Notes: generated by a model not told the origin, from the letters alone. DNA of 50,059 nt from an uncultured Chthoniobacterales bacterium (GCA_937924445.1 CALDSX010000060.1:1-50059), one strand, 5' to 3'. Positions 9,716 to 20,163 are shown, numbered from the stretch's first letter. A program made the numbers and translations.

Positions 9716-10588
9716 ATGTCTGACACCTTGCGCTTGTCCAGCGAGACGGATTTACCCTGGTCAAAAATCATCCGCTCTGAGCACAATCTCCTATATTTAG
9801 ATTTCTATGAGTTATGGCGCTACCGCGATCTGATCTTTTTAATGGTTAAGAGAGACTTTCATGCGACATACGCGCAGACGATTCTGGGCCCTCTTTGGTT
9901 CATTATCCAACCGCTTCTGACGAGTTCTCTCTTTACCATTTTATTCACTCAGGTTGCGAAGATTTCGACGGACGGAATCCCCCCCTTTCTATTTTACATG
10001 AGTGGCGTGGTCGCGTGGGGATATTTCAGTGATTGCCTTACCAAAACCGCCGCGACATTTCGTGCGAATGCTCATGTGTTTGGAAAAGTTTATTTTCCAA
10101 GACTTGTCGTTCCCATTGCCTCGGTCATCACATGTCTTATCAATTTTGCCGTGCAGTTTAGCATATTCTTTCTGATCTACCTGGTTTTACTGTTCAAAGG
10201 CGCTTCGTTGCATCCTTCCTTCCGTGTGATTGTTCTTCCTGTGCTTATTATTCAGATGGCCCTTCTTGGGATCGGCTTGGGGTGTCTTCTCTCCTCCATG
10301 ACAGTTCGCTATCGCGATTTGGCCATGGCAATAGGATTTCTGACTCAAATGTGGATGTATGCAAGTTGCGTTTTCTATCCGCTCTCGAGCATTCCAAAAG
10401 ATTGGCAATGGGTTCTTGTTCTTAACCCGATGGTCCCTGTTATTGAATCTTTCCGTTTTGCTTTTCTAGGCGCTGGAACAGTCGAAATCTGGCAGCTCGC
10501 CATAGGGGCTATTGTAAGTGCAATTCTCCTCCTCCTGGGAGTCATGGTTTTTAATCATACCGCGCGCACTTTTAACGACACGGTTTAG
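9716..10588 (+). CDS. wzm: Polysaccharide ABC transporter permease (Wzm)
   Basis: ELWRYRDL...YAQTILGPLW, KVYFPRL and LNPM motifs; about 6 TM segments; directly upstream of the ATPase. Confidence 0.92.
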   Translation: MSDTLRLSSETDLPWSKIIRSEHNLLYLDFYELWRYRDLIFLMVKRDFHATYAQTILGPLWFIIQPLLTSSLFTILFTQVAKISTDGIPPFLFYMSGVVAWGYFSDCLTKTAATFRANAHVFGKVYFPRLVVPIASVITCLINFAVQFSIFFLIYLVLLFKGASLHPSFRVIVLPVLIIQMALLGIGLGCLLSSMTVRYRDLAMAIGFLTQMWMYASCVFYPLSSIPKDWQWVLVLNPMVPVIESFRFAFLGAGTVEIWQLAIGAIVSAILLLLGVMVFNHTARTFNDTV

Positions 10589-10624
10589 GCTTTTTCTTTA
10601 CACAAGGTAAACCCGCCCTCTTCC

Positions 10625-11896
10625 ATGAGTTTATCGAAAACCGCGATCGAAGCTAACAGAATCTCCAAACGTTACCGGCTTGGAGTCATCAACCGAGGAA
10701 TGCTCTATCAGGATCTCCAAAGCTACTGGGCGCGTCTTCGAGGGAAACCCGATCCCCATGCCCCGCTTAATCCCGATGGTACAGAATCCGATCATAAAAT
10801 TGGCGAGTTTTGGGCGCTGCGTGATGTTTCGTTCAGCCTTGAACAGGGTGAAGCCATGGCGATCATCGGGAAAAACGGCTCTGGCAAGTCCACATTGCTT
10901 AAAATCCTCTCCCAAATCACAGCTCCCACCACAGGAGAAGCGCGCATTAGAGGGCGCGTCGCCAGCATGCTCGAGGTGGGAACTGGCTTTCACTCCGAAT
11001 TAACCGGGCGTGCCAATGTTTACATAAACGGAGCGATTCTAGGGATGACAAAGAGGGAGATTGACGTGCGTTTTGACGACATCGTCGGCTTCGCTGGCGT
11101 GGAGCGTTTTATAGACACCCCTGTGAAACGCTATTCCAGCGGCATGAGCGTTCGCCTCGCGTTTTCAGTCGCTGCGCATCTGGCAGCCGAAATTCTTATT
11201 GTGGACGAGGTCCTTGCCGTTGGTGACTCGGATTTTCAACGCAAATGTCTAGGTAAAATGGCCCAGATTGTGCGGGAAGGGCGCACGATTCTCTTTGTCA
11301 GCCACAATATGCAAATCGTTCGTTCGCTTTGCTCCCGGGCTCTCCTTTTGGAATCGGGCGTTGCCACACGTTCCGGACAATCGGATGAGGTGATCCGTTA
11401 CTACCTGCGGGGCAAAGATGAGAATTATCATGCGCGAGAAGAGCCGCCCGTGCCCGGCCCCTCCACTCCGTTGTTCCCATCGCTTCTCACTTTGCGTGAT
11501 ACGTGCGGAAATACGCGGGCCGAATTTCATCTCGGTGAGGACTGGTGTCTCGATGTGCTCCTCGACGTCCGTAAGGCGGTCTCTGACTTTCGGTTGCAGG
11601 TCAACGTCAACGAAGCAGATAACTTTTGTGCGCTCGCCCACTCTTCGAAAAACAGCACTCTCAAACCAGGCCGTTACAAGGTCTCTTTTACTTTCGTAGA
11701 AAAACTGCGCGCCGGCGAATACCGCTTCACTCTCCTGAGCTTTTCTGGTTCGCGTGTGCTCCATTCCTTGGTCTCTGAACTTGTCGTGAAGATTGATCAT
11801 GTTCCCTGTACGAATGACCCGATTCGTTGGTTTTCCTACGGCGGGGTTGTGGTTTCTTCCGATGAACCAGATGTAGTGCCGACCACCGAATATTAA
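10625..11896 (+). CDS. wzt: Polysaccharide ABC transporter ATP-binding protein (Wzt) with C-terminal Wzt_C-like domain
   Basis: Walker A GKNGSGKST, YSSGM signature, ILIVDEVLAVGD, VSHN; about 150-aa beta-rich C-terminal extension. Confidence 0.94.
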   Translation: MSLSKTAIEANRISKRYRLGVINRGMLYQDLQSYWARLRGKPDPHAPLNPDGTESDHKIGEFWALRDVSFSLEQGEAMAIIGKNGSGKSTLLKILSQITAPTTGEARIRGRVASMLEVGTGFHSELTGRANVYINGAILGMTKREIDVRFDDIVGFAGVERFIDTPVKRYSSGMSVRLAFSVAAHLAAEILIVDEVLAVGDSDFQRKCLGKMAQIVREGRTILFVSHNMQIVRSLCSRALLLESGVATRSGQSDEVIRYYLRGKDENYHAREEPPVPGPSTPLFPSLLTLRDTCGNTRAEFHLGEDWCLDVLLDVRKAVSDFRLQVNVNEADNFCALAHSSKNSTLKPGRYKVSFTFVEKLRAGEYRFTLLSFSGSRVLHSLVSELVVKIDHVPCTNDPIRWFSYGGVVVSSDEPDVVPTTEY

Positions 11897-11899
11897 GGT

Positions 11900-12931
11900 A
11901 TGGCACCAGTACTTCTTGCAGACCTCAAGCTCAGCCAGTCTGCTGATGAATGGCTTTTTCGTCGAACCCGATGTGCGCCCGCTGTATTTACGACTTGGTT
12001 CGAGCGGTCATTTCGTTTTTTCCGCCCGGCTCAAATTTCTGGTCCAGATCGTCTATCGCGCCCTATTCTCGATTCAACCGCGACACAGACATTTCTACGA
12101 GAGCCGATTGCCAAGTCAACACCCTTCCTTGCAGGTCGGTTTGGCGCCTACGAGCTTCAGGCGTGCTCATTTTATTGGAGAAAGTGCAGCGGTTTCTTTC
12201 CGGCTCTTCTCCGATGCTTTGGAAACCAAGCGAGGTGGCCCTCGGATTTGCTAGACACCCTGTTTTACAATGCAGGGGTCTTCCCAAGAGATGAACGGAT
12301 GGCAACCCGTTTTGCTGAAATTTATCTGGAAGCGGCGAGAGCCATAGACGCGCTCGCTGTCTGGCACCGCCCAGATGAATCTGTCATTCATCAGTACTTT
12401 CTTCCTGCCGCACAACCCATTCCATTGGATGACATTTTGCCGGTCACCTCTCCCGGAGATGTCTGGATGTCAGCATTGAAAGGCCGTCGCGTCCTTGTTA
12501 TCCATCCCTTTGAACAGACAATTAAACGCCAGTTTGCGCGGCGCAGTTTTCTGTTTAGCAATCCACAAATCTTGCCCGACTTTTATCTTATAACTCTAAA
12601 AGCCGTGCAGGCAATCGGCGGTGCTGCATCAAAAGATTTTACAGACTGGGTTGCTGCGCTGGATATGATGCAGAACAAAATTGCAGCGCTTTCATTTGAT
12701 GTGGCCCTCATCGGTGCCGGTGCGTTTGGCTTGCCTCTTGGCGCATTTGTTAAGTCCCTTGGAAAGCCAACTTACCACATTGGTGGTGCGCTTCAGATTC
12801 TCTTCGGCATTAAAGGACGCCGATGGGATTCGCGCCCACAGGGAGCCCTTTATAACGAGTTTTGGGTACGCCCTGATCCCTCTGAAGCTCCCCACGAAGC
12901 CCAAATGGTGGAAGGGGCATGTTATTGGTGA
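11900..12931 (+). CDS. Conserved polysaccharide-locus protein, possible GT-D-like fold
   Basis: GRFGAYE N-terminal motif and FDVALIGAGAFGLPL...IGGALQILFGIKGRRW...VEGACYW C-terminus; the function is inferred. Confidence 0.6.
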   Translation: MAPVLLADLKLSQSADEWLFRRTRCAPAVFTTWFERSFRFFRPAQISGPDRLSRPILDSTATQTFLREPIAKSTPFLAGRFGAYELQACSFYWRKCSGFFPALLRCFGNQARWPSDLLDTLFYNAGVFPRDERMATRFAEIYLEAARAIDALAVWHRPDESVIHQYFLPAAQPIPLDDILPVTSPGDVWMSALKGRRVLVIHPFEQTIKRQFARRSFLFSNPQILPDFYLITLKAVQAIGGAASKDFTDWVAALDMMQNKIAALSFDVALIGAGAFGLPLGAFVKSLGKPTYHIGGALQILFGIKGRRWDSRPQGALYNEFWVRPDPSEAPHEAQMVEGACYW

Positions 12932-12989
12932 CACTGCTTCTCTGGCACCAGGGGGGTCCTAGCTCAACAGAAGACAGGGATTTTGATGC

Positions 12990-13889
12990 ATGTCAGAATT
13001 TCGAATTCACCTCGTTACTCCAAGTTTTAACTGCCCCGAATTGTTGGAGGAGACAGTCCGATCGGTTTGCCAGGCGGCGTTGGTGCCCTTGCATTATGAG
13101 GTTTGGGAAGGCTCCTCTAATTTTGATGCACTCGGCGGCGCGACCGACTTACTGAAAACGCTCCGGGCTGAAATTCATCTCGGGGAAGATTCTGGACAAT
13201 TTGACGCGCTACAGAGGGCCTTCGAGGTGGACAAAGGGGAGATAATGGGTTGGATTAACAGCGGTGACATTTTGTTCCCGTGGTCTCTGAAACTTGTGCA
13301 CCAAGTATTTTCATCATTCCCGGAAATACGATGGATCTACGGTCTGCCAACGATGGGGTCAGATGGCATCGTCAAAAGGGTTGGTTGTGTAAAACCGCTG
13401 CCGCGGGCCCTTGTTCGGATCGGTCTATGTGCCGCAGACGGCATTGGTTACCTGTCGCAAGAGGCAATGTTCTGGAGACGAGATGTTTACGAACAGGCCG
13501 GAGGAATTGCCGCAACTTTCGACCTCATCGCGGACTATGATCTCTGGACACGCTTTGCGCAGCACGCGACGCCGGTCAGCCTCCCCTCGCCTCTCGCCAT
13601 GTTTGCGCAACATGGCACAAACCGCAGTCAAAAACTGAAATCGAAAGCTGAGTGCGAGCTGCACGACTGGAAAAAGAATCTCCCACCCAACATGAAGCAA
13701 GAGCGGGAGCGCCTCGCCAAGTTGTTCGGCATAATTCGCCGTGTTGCACGCTTTTCGCGCACTCTTGCAGTGGCACTCGGGAAAGTTTACGGCCTGAGTG
13801 CTTTCAGCGGCCAGGTTTTAGAATGGAATTCGCGTAGCGATGCGCTTGCCCTTAATGAAAAGCGTCTTTTAATCGAAGACCTTTTCTAA
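12990..13889 (+). CDS. Glycosyltransferase, GT2 family (atypical motifs)
   Basis: LVTPSFN, DSGQFDAL, GEIMGWINSGD, QEAMFWRR, ADYDLW. Confidence 0.8.
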   Translation: MSEFRIHLVTPSFNCPELLEETVRSVCQAALVPLHYEVWEGSSNFDALGGATDLLKTLRAEIHLGEDSGQFDALQRAFEVDKGEIMGWINSGDILFPWSLKLVHQVFSSFPEIRWIYGLPTMGSDGIVKRVGCVKPLPRALVRIGLCAADGIGYLSQEAMFWRRDVYEQAGGIAATFDLIADYDLWTRFAQHATPVSLPSPLAMFAQHGTNRSQKLKSKAECELHDWKKNLPPNMKQERERLAKLFGIIRRVARFSRTLAVALGKVYGLSAFSGQVLEWNSRSDALALNEKRLLIEDLF

Positions 13890-13959
13890 GCAGGCCTCTA
13901 AGCCACCCAAAAGGGCGTTTTGCTTTGGAAAACCGCTTCGCCATTTTCCCTTTGTCATA

Positions 13960-15066
13960 ATGCCCCGGATTTTGCTGATTTCGAATTATCACTTTGGCAC
14001 AACCTCCTCTCTTCTTGCAGCGGGTTTTGAAGCCGCTGGATGCACCGTTGACAAATTTAGCCCGAGTCCCGACCTGCCTTCCGACTGGTCTCCCTGTAAC
14101 TTCAAATGCCGGATTTCCAACCTGATCAATCGGCTAGGGACTCTACCGGACCTGGTTCTCTTCTGCGAAGCCACAACTGGAACGCAGCTCTTCCCTTTGG
14201 ACATTCTCTCCTGCCCGGCTCCAACCGCCTTTTACGCAATTGACAATCATCTCAACTTCGGTTGGCACCGGCTTGCGGCTCCGCTATTTGACCTCGTTTT
14301 TTGTGCCCAGCACGATTACCAGGAGGCTTTCCGCGAATCAGGTTGTGAATGCGTTCACTGGCTGCCGTTCGGCTGGCACCCTCCTTTTCATCAGGTTCCC
14401 ACCAATCCTCCAATTCGATCAGGTGTGGGGTTTGTCGGGCAGATGCATTCCAGCAGAAAAGAAATATTTCAGACACTGGCCAGGCAAGGCGTAAGTGTTG
14501 ATGTTCGCAGCGGACCACGGGGATCTGAACTCGGTGATTTCTATCGCTGCGTAAAAATCGTTTTAAACTTTTCGATTAACGGTGACTTAAACATGCGGGC
14601 CTTCGAGGCATTGGCCTCCGGAGCACTCTTGGTGACCCAACGTATTAAAAATGGTATCGAAAAGCTTTTGCTTTCAGGAGAGCATTTTGTTTTTCATGAT
14701 GGTAACAACTGTGCTTCGGTGGTGCGTTACTATCTCGACAACGATAGCGAACGGGAAAGAATCGCGGCAAATGGGGAGAGGAAAGTCCGTTCCCTTCACC
14801 GTTATGAAGACAGGGCTAGATCCGTTCTAGAACTCCTGCCCGAAGCCCGCTACAGAGCCGCAATCCGTCAGAAAAAACCGGTCCCATGGTGGAAACAAAT
14901 AAGCTTGGTGGATTTAACGTTGCATCCAACCTTCAGCCGTTGGCATACCGAAACTCGCCGGGAAGCCCTAAAGGCATTAAAAGCCAACCCACTACAGGTC
15001 TTTCCGAAAATACTAGGGAGATTTGTCAGACAAAGGATGCAAGTAAATCCGAGACGACCGAAATGA
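13960..15066 (+). CDS. CgeB-like (Glyco_trans_1_2) glycosyltransferase
   Basis: IDNHL, VGFVG, KIVLNFSINGDLNMRAFEALASG, ERERIAANG...HRYEDR. Confidence 0.85.
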   Translation: MPRILLISNYHFGTTSSLLAAGFEAAGCTVDKFSPSPDLPSDWSPCNFKCRISNLINRLGTLPDLVLFCEATTGTQLFPLDILSCPAPTAFYAIDNHLNFGWHRLAAPLFDLVFCAQHDYQEAFRESGCECVHWLPFGWHPPFHQVPTNPPIRSGVGFVGQMHSSRKEIFQTLARQGVSVDVRSGPRGSELGDFYRCVKIVLNFSINGDLNMRAFEALASGALLVTQRIKNGIEKLLLSGEHFVFHDGNNCASVVRYYLDNDSERERIAANGERKVRSLHRYEDRARSVLELLPEARYRAAIRQKKPVPWWKQISLVDLTLHPTFSRWHTETRREALKALKANPLQVFPKILGRFVRQRMQVNPRRPK

Positions 15067-15785
15067 ACACCAAACGACTTGGGCTGTTGGCCCGCCACTA
15101 CCGCTATTTGCTTTCCGAAAACCTACGTGTTTTTGGGAGAAATCGTTTCAAAATTCAGGGTGTTTTTCTTGACGCCGGGCTTGCCAGCGAACCGCTTCTT
15201 GAGGTGCTGGCCTCGGGTGCCTACGAAGCCGCCGAAAGGGAACTTCTTAAAGACATTCTGGCTCAGGGCGACTCGGTTTTGGAGATCGGATCGGCCATCG
15301 GGTTTCTTAGTTGCCTTGCCGCTAGACTGGGTGCCCATCCTATTGCATGTGTCGAAGCCCAACCGTCTTCACTGCGACTTTTAAGGAAAAACCTGCGGCG
15401 CAACGAGGTTTCCGCACGGGTCATCCCAGCGGCTTGGGCTCGGCAAACAGGACCGCTCCGCTGGAAAACCGACCAGCATTTCACGTCTAGCCGCATGGCA
15501 GCCCCTGGTGAACCTTCTTCTATGACAGTTCGCGGGATCTCGCTGTCTGACATTCTCAGCGAAGCCGGGTTTACTCCAACCTGCTTGATCATTGATATTG
15601 AGGGTTCGGAGGCGGGCTTCGATTTTTTAGAAGTGCCCAGAGCGACCACAAAAATTGTGATCGAGCTTCATCCGCAGTTGCTTGGTGAAAAAGGCTCTAG
15701 TGAGGTATTGGAGAGAATCGCCTCGGCCGGTTTTCGCATGGCTAGGCAAATCGGTGACAGTTATTCCTTTACGCGGCGTCCGTGA
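15063..15785 (+). CDS. FkbM-family SAM methyltransferase
   Basis: GAYE, VLEIGSAIG, VEAQP, IIDIEGSE, IVIELH; ATG at 15063 overlaps the upstream stop (ATGA). Confidence 0.88.
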   Translation: MNTKRLGLLARHYRYLLSENLRVFGRNRFKIQGVFLDAGLASEPLLEVLASGAYEAAERELLKDILAQGDSVLEIGSAIGFLSCLAARLGAHPIACVEAQPSSLRLLRKNLRRNEVSARVIPAAWARQTGPLRWKTDQHFTSSRMAAPGEPSSMTVRGISLSDILSEAGFTPTCLIIDIEGSEAGFDFLEVPRATTKIVIELHPQLLGEKGSSEVLERIASAGFRMARQIGDSYSFTRRP

Positions 15786-16723
15786 GACTGGCTGTTGTCA
15801 TCCCCTTTTTCAAAACAGCGTATCTCGGCGACACCCTGTGCTCCATCCAAGGCCAGACCTGCCGTGATTTCCGCCTCTATTTTGCCGCTGATGGTGTGCC
15901 CATTCCGCCAGAGATATTACGACCTTTGCGGCAGGGCGATTGGCACTCAGAGCCTGTTATCGCCGAATTCCCCGAAAATTTAGGCAGGACAAACCCCGCG
16001 CGGCATTGGAACCGCTCCATCGCGTTGACATCGGAAGAATGGGTATGGCTCTTCTCCGATGATGACCTGATGTCCTCTGATTGCGTCGCGGCTTTTAAAG
16101 GAATGGTAGCGACCGCCATGGCGGCTGGTTGTTCCGTTTTGCGATTCCCAACGGCGGTGATTGACCATGAAGGCGCGGTTTTGCGAGAGAGCCCGCCGAA
16201 TCCCCTCTCCGAGCGGTGGGATCAGCTCGCGGTGGCGCGGTTTGTCTCGCACCGCGAATTCTTCATCCAAAATCACGTCTTCAGGCGCCAAGCCTGGGAG
16301 AAAGCCGGCGGTTTTGCCGACCTTCGGAGTGGTTTTTTGTCTGATGAGATGAGTTTCGCCCGGTTCGCCCGTCCCGGTGTGCTGATGACAATTCCAGGCG
16401 GAAAAGTTTTTTGGCGCCAATCCGGTATCAACTTGAATAGTAGCAACCCTGCTGTCGTTGATTTGAAATGGGAGGCTTTCTTTGGTTATCTTCACTTCTT
16501 GGAGAAAGAAGTTTTCCCGGATGATCGCGTCGCCCGTCGGAGACACGCAAGCATGACCCTCCAGTGGTTCGTCAAAGCGGCGGCTAATCTTGGAAGCCGG
16601 CCCTCTTTGACCACTTTTTTCCGGTTGCTGCCCCTGCTCTTAAGAATTTGTCCGGCAGAATTCCCCTGGCTATTCCCGGCTGTGCTGCGGCTGTTGTCAA
16701 CATCCACTCACCAGGCAGGCTGA
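15782..16723 (+). CDS. Glycosyltransferase, GT2 family
   Basis: AVVIPFFK, QT, HWNRS, WLFSDDD; GTGA start/stop overlap. Confidence 0.85.
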   Translation: MRLAVVIPFFKTAYLGDTLCSIQGQTCRDFRLYFAADGVPIPPEILRPLRQGDWHSEPVIAEFPENLGRTNPARHWNRSIALTSEEWVWLFSDDDLMSSDCVAAFKGMVATAMAAGCSVLRFPTAVIDHEGAVLRESPPNPLSERWDQLAVARFVSHREFFIQNHVFRRQAWEKAGGFADLRSGFLSDEMSFARFARPGVLMTIPGGKVFWRQSGINLNSSNPAVVDLKWEAFFGYLHFLEKEVFPDDRVARRRHASMTLQWFVKAAANLGSRPSLTTFFRLLPLLLRICPAEFPWLFPAVLRLLSTSTHQAG

Positions 16724-16745
16724 ACGGCCCTTTTGCGCATTATCT

Positions 16746-18830
16746 ATGTCCAAAAAAAATTTTCGCGTTTTTTTTACAGTCTGGGTTGCTGCTTTTTGCG
16801 GTCTGGTCGCTTTGAATATCCATGTTTTTTTTGTTACGCCTCTCTACGAGTACGCCGATCTGGCCCTTAACGCCCTGCAGATCATCGAAGCCAAAGCTGG
16901 ACGCGAACTACTTGGAAATTACTCTAGATGGAGCTTTCATCATCCAGGCCCCTTCTTTTTCTATGTTTACGCGGGGGGCGAGGTGCTGCTGTATAATACT
17001 TTGAAAATCGCTCCCGCTCCGCTCAACGCGCACCTTCTTTCTGGTTTGTTTCTGCAGACAGCTTTTCTGGCTTTGGCCGTAACCTGTGTTGCATCTTCTC
17101 TACGTGATAAGGACCATCTGACTGGGTTTGCTGTCATTGGTGCCGCCTATTTTGCGATCTGCGCGATTTCGTTTCCCGGCAGATTATTTTTCAGCATCTG
17201 GCCGCCTGATGTGCTTCTCATGCCGTTTTTAGCTTTTCTTTGCGGCATGGCAGCCTTTGCCAATGGAAACGCATGGGCGCTTGTTCCATCCGCTTTCTCC
17301 GCGGGTGTTCTCGTGCACGGACATGTCGCACAGCCGAGTTTTGTGCTCCTTTTAATTCTCTGCTCAGCAATTCTGATTGGATTTTCGGCAGCGCACGCTG
17401 GCGGTGCGAGGAGTTTCTGCAGAGCTTATCGGTTCACCCCCGCCGCTTTGATTGCGTCGGCTCCCTTCCTTGTAACGCTATTTCTTGAAGCCCGAAAAGG
17501 CGACACTTCCAATCTGGCAGCCATTGCGGAGTATCTGCGGGCCACCCGCGAGACTAAAACATTTTCCGACGCCCTGGGATATGTCGCCTCCTTTTTTGCT
17601 CTGGAACCTTCGCCCGAGCTGCTGGTGGGCTACCCAGGCGCCCGTGCGCGTGACGCATTTTTGCGCCACTGGCCGGTGCTGCTGCTATGGGCAGGCTTCT
17701 TTACAGCGGCATTTTGGCTGTGGCGCAAACGTGCCTATCCCCGCGATGGGACAAACTATGGCTCTGTCGAGACTCTTTTCCTCTTTGCCTCCGTCGTTGT
17801 GTTTTTTTCGCTTTTTTGGGCGATGAATCAAACCGGGCCGATGTATCAGTTTAATGCGCACTTTCTTTACGCTCCCCTCTGTGTCCTAGTGTCGGTTCCT
17901 GCTGCGCTTGCCTGGCGATCCTCCAAACCGCTCCGGCGGCCTTTAGCCTATTTAGCTGGAGCGTTCGCAACCGTCTCGGTCCTTTTAGGTTCCTGGCAAG
18001 TCAACCCATCGGCTCTGGGTACGCCGACGGACGTGGATGTCGGGCACATACATAAAAAAGCCACGGAACTGCCAAAAAGTGCAAAACTTTTTCTTTTTGG
18101 CGCGGATCAATGCTGGCCGGCGGCGGCGGCATTTGTGCTGGCTGGCGTTCGACATGGAGCAGACGTGCGAGTGGCCCCCGAGATGACATACATGTTTGGA
18201 CGAAGGCATGTTGTCTTTCCCACCACCAATATCCCCGTGTCCGGGTTTGATTTTTTGCAGGTTCTGCCCGCAGAATCCCTTCTGCCGACAGATACAAAAA
18301 GCCTTTATCACTGCATTAAACCTGCAGCATTCCCTGAGATAAGGCCTGGAAACTTCCATATCGAGCGGTTCTCAAGTGGGACCCTTGCCCAGCTGCCATC
18401 CGTGGGTTTAAGTCCGGGTGAGGAGGGGCAAGTTTGGACCAACGGTCCCCGAGTGGGCATTTGGTTTCGTCCAGTGCACACCTTAGCGAATGTTCTCCTG
18501 CATATGAAAGTGACGCCTTTTATAGCACCAGGAGGCCCCGAAGCCCAGAAGATCTCGTTTTTTCTGAATGGAGAGTCGCTTTGCGAAAAGACGGTTCAGA
18601 GTAGCGAGGAGCTTACTGTCACAATCTCCCAGGAACAATGGAACAGCGCAGACCTCTCCTGTCTTGAGCTTAGGCTGCCTGACTGCGTTTCTCCCCGCAA
18701 ACTGAGGATGTCGTTGGATTTTCGGCAACTCGGAGTTTCCATATCCTCATTGTGGATTGAGGAATCAAGCGCTGGCAGGGAATCTGTTGAAAGCATAACG
18801 ACAGATAGTAAAACGCCCTTTGCTCTCTAA
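16746..18830 (+). CDS. Multi-pass membrane protein, putative GT-C glycosyltransferase with a soluble C-terminal domain
   Basis: About 11-13 TM segments; acidic EYAD after TM1 and LLGNYSRWSFHHPGP in the first loop; beta-rich tail (WTNG...DFRQLGV). Confidence 0.6.
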   Translation: MSKKNFRVFFTVWVAAFCGLVALNIHVFFVTPLYEYADLALNALQIIEAKAGRELLGNYSRWSFHHPGPFFFYVYAGGEVLLYNTLKIAPAPLNAHLLSGLFLQTAFLALAVTCVASSLRDKDHLTGFAVIGAAYFAICAISFPGRLFFSIWPPDVLLMPFLAFLCGMAAFANGNAWALVPSAFSAGVLVHGHVAQPSFVLLLILCSAILIGFSAAHAGGARSFCRAYRFTPAALIASAPFLVTLFLEARKGDTSNLAAIAEYLRATRETKTFSDALGYVASFFALEPSPELLVGYPGARARDAFLRHWPVLLLWAGFFTAAFWLWRKRAYPRDGTNYGSVETLFLFASVVVFFSLFWAMNQTGPMYQFNAHFLYAPLCVLVSVPAALAWRSSKPLRRPLAYLAGAFATVSVLLGSWQVNPSALGTPTDVDVGHIHKKATELPKSAKLFLFGADQCWPAAAAFVLAGVRHGADVRVAPEMTYMFGRRHVVFPTTNIPVSGFDFLQVLPAESLLPTDTKSLYHCIKPAAFPEIRPGNFHIERFSSGTLAQLPSVGLSPGEEGQVWTNGPRVGIWFRPVHTLANVLLHMKVTPFIAPGGPEAQKISFFLNGESLCEKTVQSSEELTVTISQEQWNSADLSCLELRLPDCVSPRKLRMSLDFRQLGVSISSLWIEESSAGRESVESITTDSKTPFAL

Positions 18831-18835
18831 GACTC

Positions 18836-19975
18836 ATGCGTGTTTTATTTGAAGGCCATACCTTTTCGCAAGATCACGGTGGGATCAGCCGGATGTGGAA
18901 ACGGATTCTGCCGCTTCTGGTTGATCTCTACCCCGACGTGCAGCTTGCGTTGCAACTACGCCTTTACCGAACCCGGTCGGCCCCGCAGCACCCGCTCATC
19001 CGCCGGATTACCCATATTGAGGACACACGATTGTCCCGCATCGCACCGTTCTTGCAATGGGTGACTCAAAAAAGACAGGAGTTGTTTCATCCCGATATAT
19101 ACCAAGCGATGAGTTACAGTGCTTCACCGATTCGCGGGTGTCTGGCTGTGCAGTGCGTTTACGACTGTATTCATGAAGCCTTCCCCGCCGTCACAGGAAA
19201 CCCTGCTTTTTCTCTGCGCAAACGAACCGCTTTAGAGACGGCTGATCATTTGATCGCTATCAGTCACGCAACCAAAGCGGACGTGACGGAGTTTTTCGAT
19301 GTCCCCCCAGAAAAAGTATCCGTTATTCACCTAGCTGCCGATCCGTTTTTTCATGAAATTGAAACGCCCGAACAATCCGCTGATCGGCAACACTGGCTGA
19401 CCAAGCTCGGTTTGAAAAAACCCTTTTTTCTATTTGTCGGAAATCGAGGTAATTACAAAAACTTCTTTACGCTCCTTCACGCCTTTGGACAAAGCGGACT
19501 GGGGAAGCAATTTGATCTCGTTGCTATTGGTGGAGAAGCTGAAATCCGCCACACGGAGAATGAGTTTGTCATAAAAAACGGCCTTGAGCGATCCCTCCGG
19601 CTTTTGCCCAGGCTCGAAGATGCTGTCTTGCGTCATCTTTACAGGTCTGCAGTGGCATTTTGCTATCCAAGTCTCAAAGAGGGCTTTGGCATCCCAGTGC
19701 TCGAGGCGATGGCCGCGGGTTGCCCGGTTGTCGCCTCGCATATTCCTGTCTTCGAAGAAATCGGTCTATCAATCGCTCAAATGCACCACCCTTCGGATCC
19801 CGAAGCTCTCGCTCACTTGTTACAAAGAGTAGCATCCTGGGGTGAAGCGGACCGCGAAATTGAGATTCGACGTGGCCGTGAAATCGCTGCATCCTTTAAC
19901 TGGGAAAACGCAGTTCGGAACCTTTACACCATTTATGAGCGTCTGCTTCGGTCGCGTCGCATCGGCGCAGTTTGA
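18836..19975 (+). CDS. Glycosyltransferase, GT4 family (MtfB-like)
   Basis: GGISR, VYDCIHE, AISHATKAD, FVGNRGNYKNF, PSLKEGFGIPVLEAMAAG. Confidence 0.93.
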   Translation: MRVLFEGHTFSQDHGGISRMWKRILPLLVDLYPDVQLALQLRLYRTRSAPQHPLIRRITHIEDTRLSRIAPFLQWVTQKRQELFHPDIYQAMSYSASPIRGCLAVQCVYDCIHEAFPAVTGNPAFSLRKRTALETADHLIAISHATKADVTEFFDVPPEKVSVIHLAADPFFHEIETPEQSADRQHWLTKLGLKKPFFLFVGNRGNYKNFFTLLHAFGQSGLGKQFDLVAIGGEAEIRHTENEFVIKNGLERSLRLLPRLEDAVLRHLYRSAVAFCYPSLKEGFGIPVLEAMAAGCPVVASHIPVFEEIGLSIAQMHHPSDPEALAHLLQRVASWGEADREIEIRRGREIAASFNWENAVRNLYTIYERLLRSRRIGAV

Positions 19976-20163
19976 AGGTCGTTAGCCATTTTTTCTGTCT
20001 ATCTCAAACGCACACACATCGGGAGCTTGGTTAACACGGTTTCACCAGTGAATAAGAGATCATTTTCTGATCATAACAGCAAAGACAAAAGGCTTTACGC
20101 CCTAACTGTTATCAACTTTTCATTACTCAGAGAGCGTTTCCCTCTCGAATAGGTAGCGTTTTG

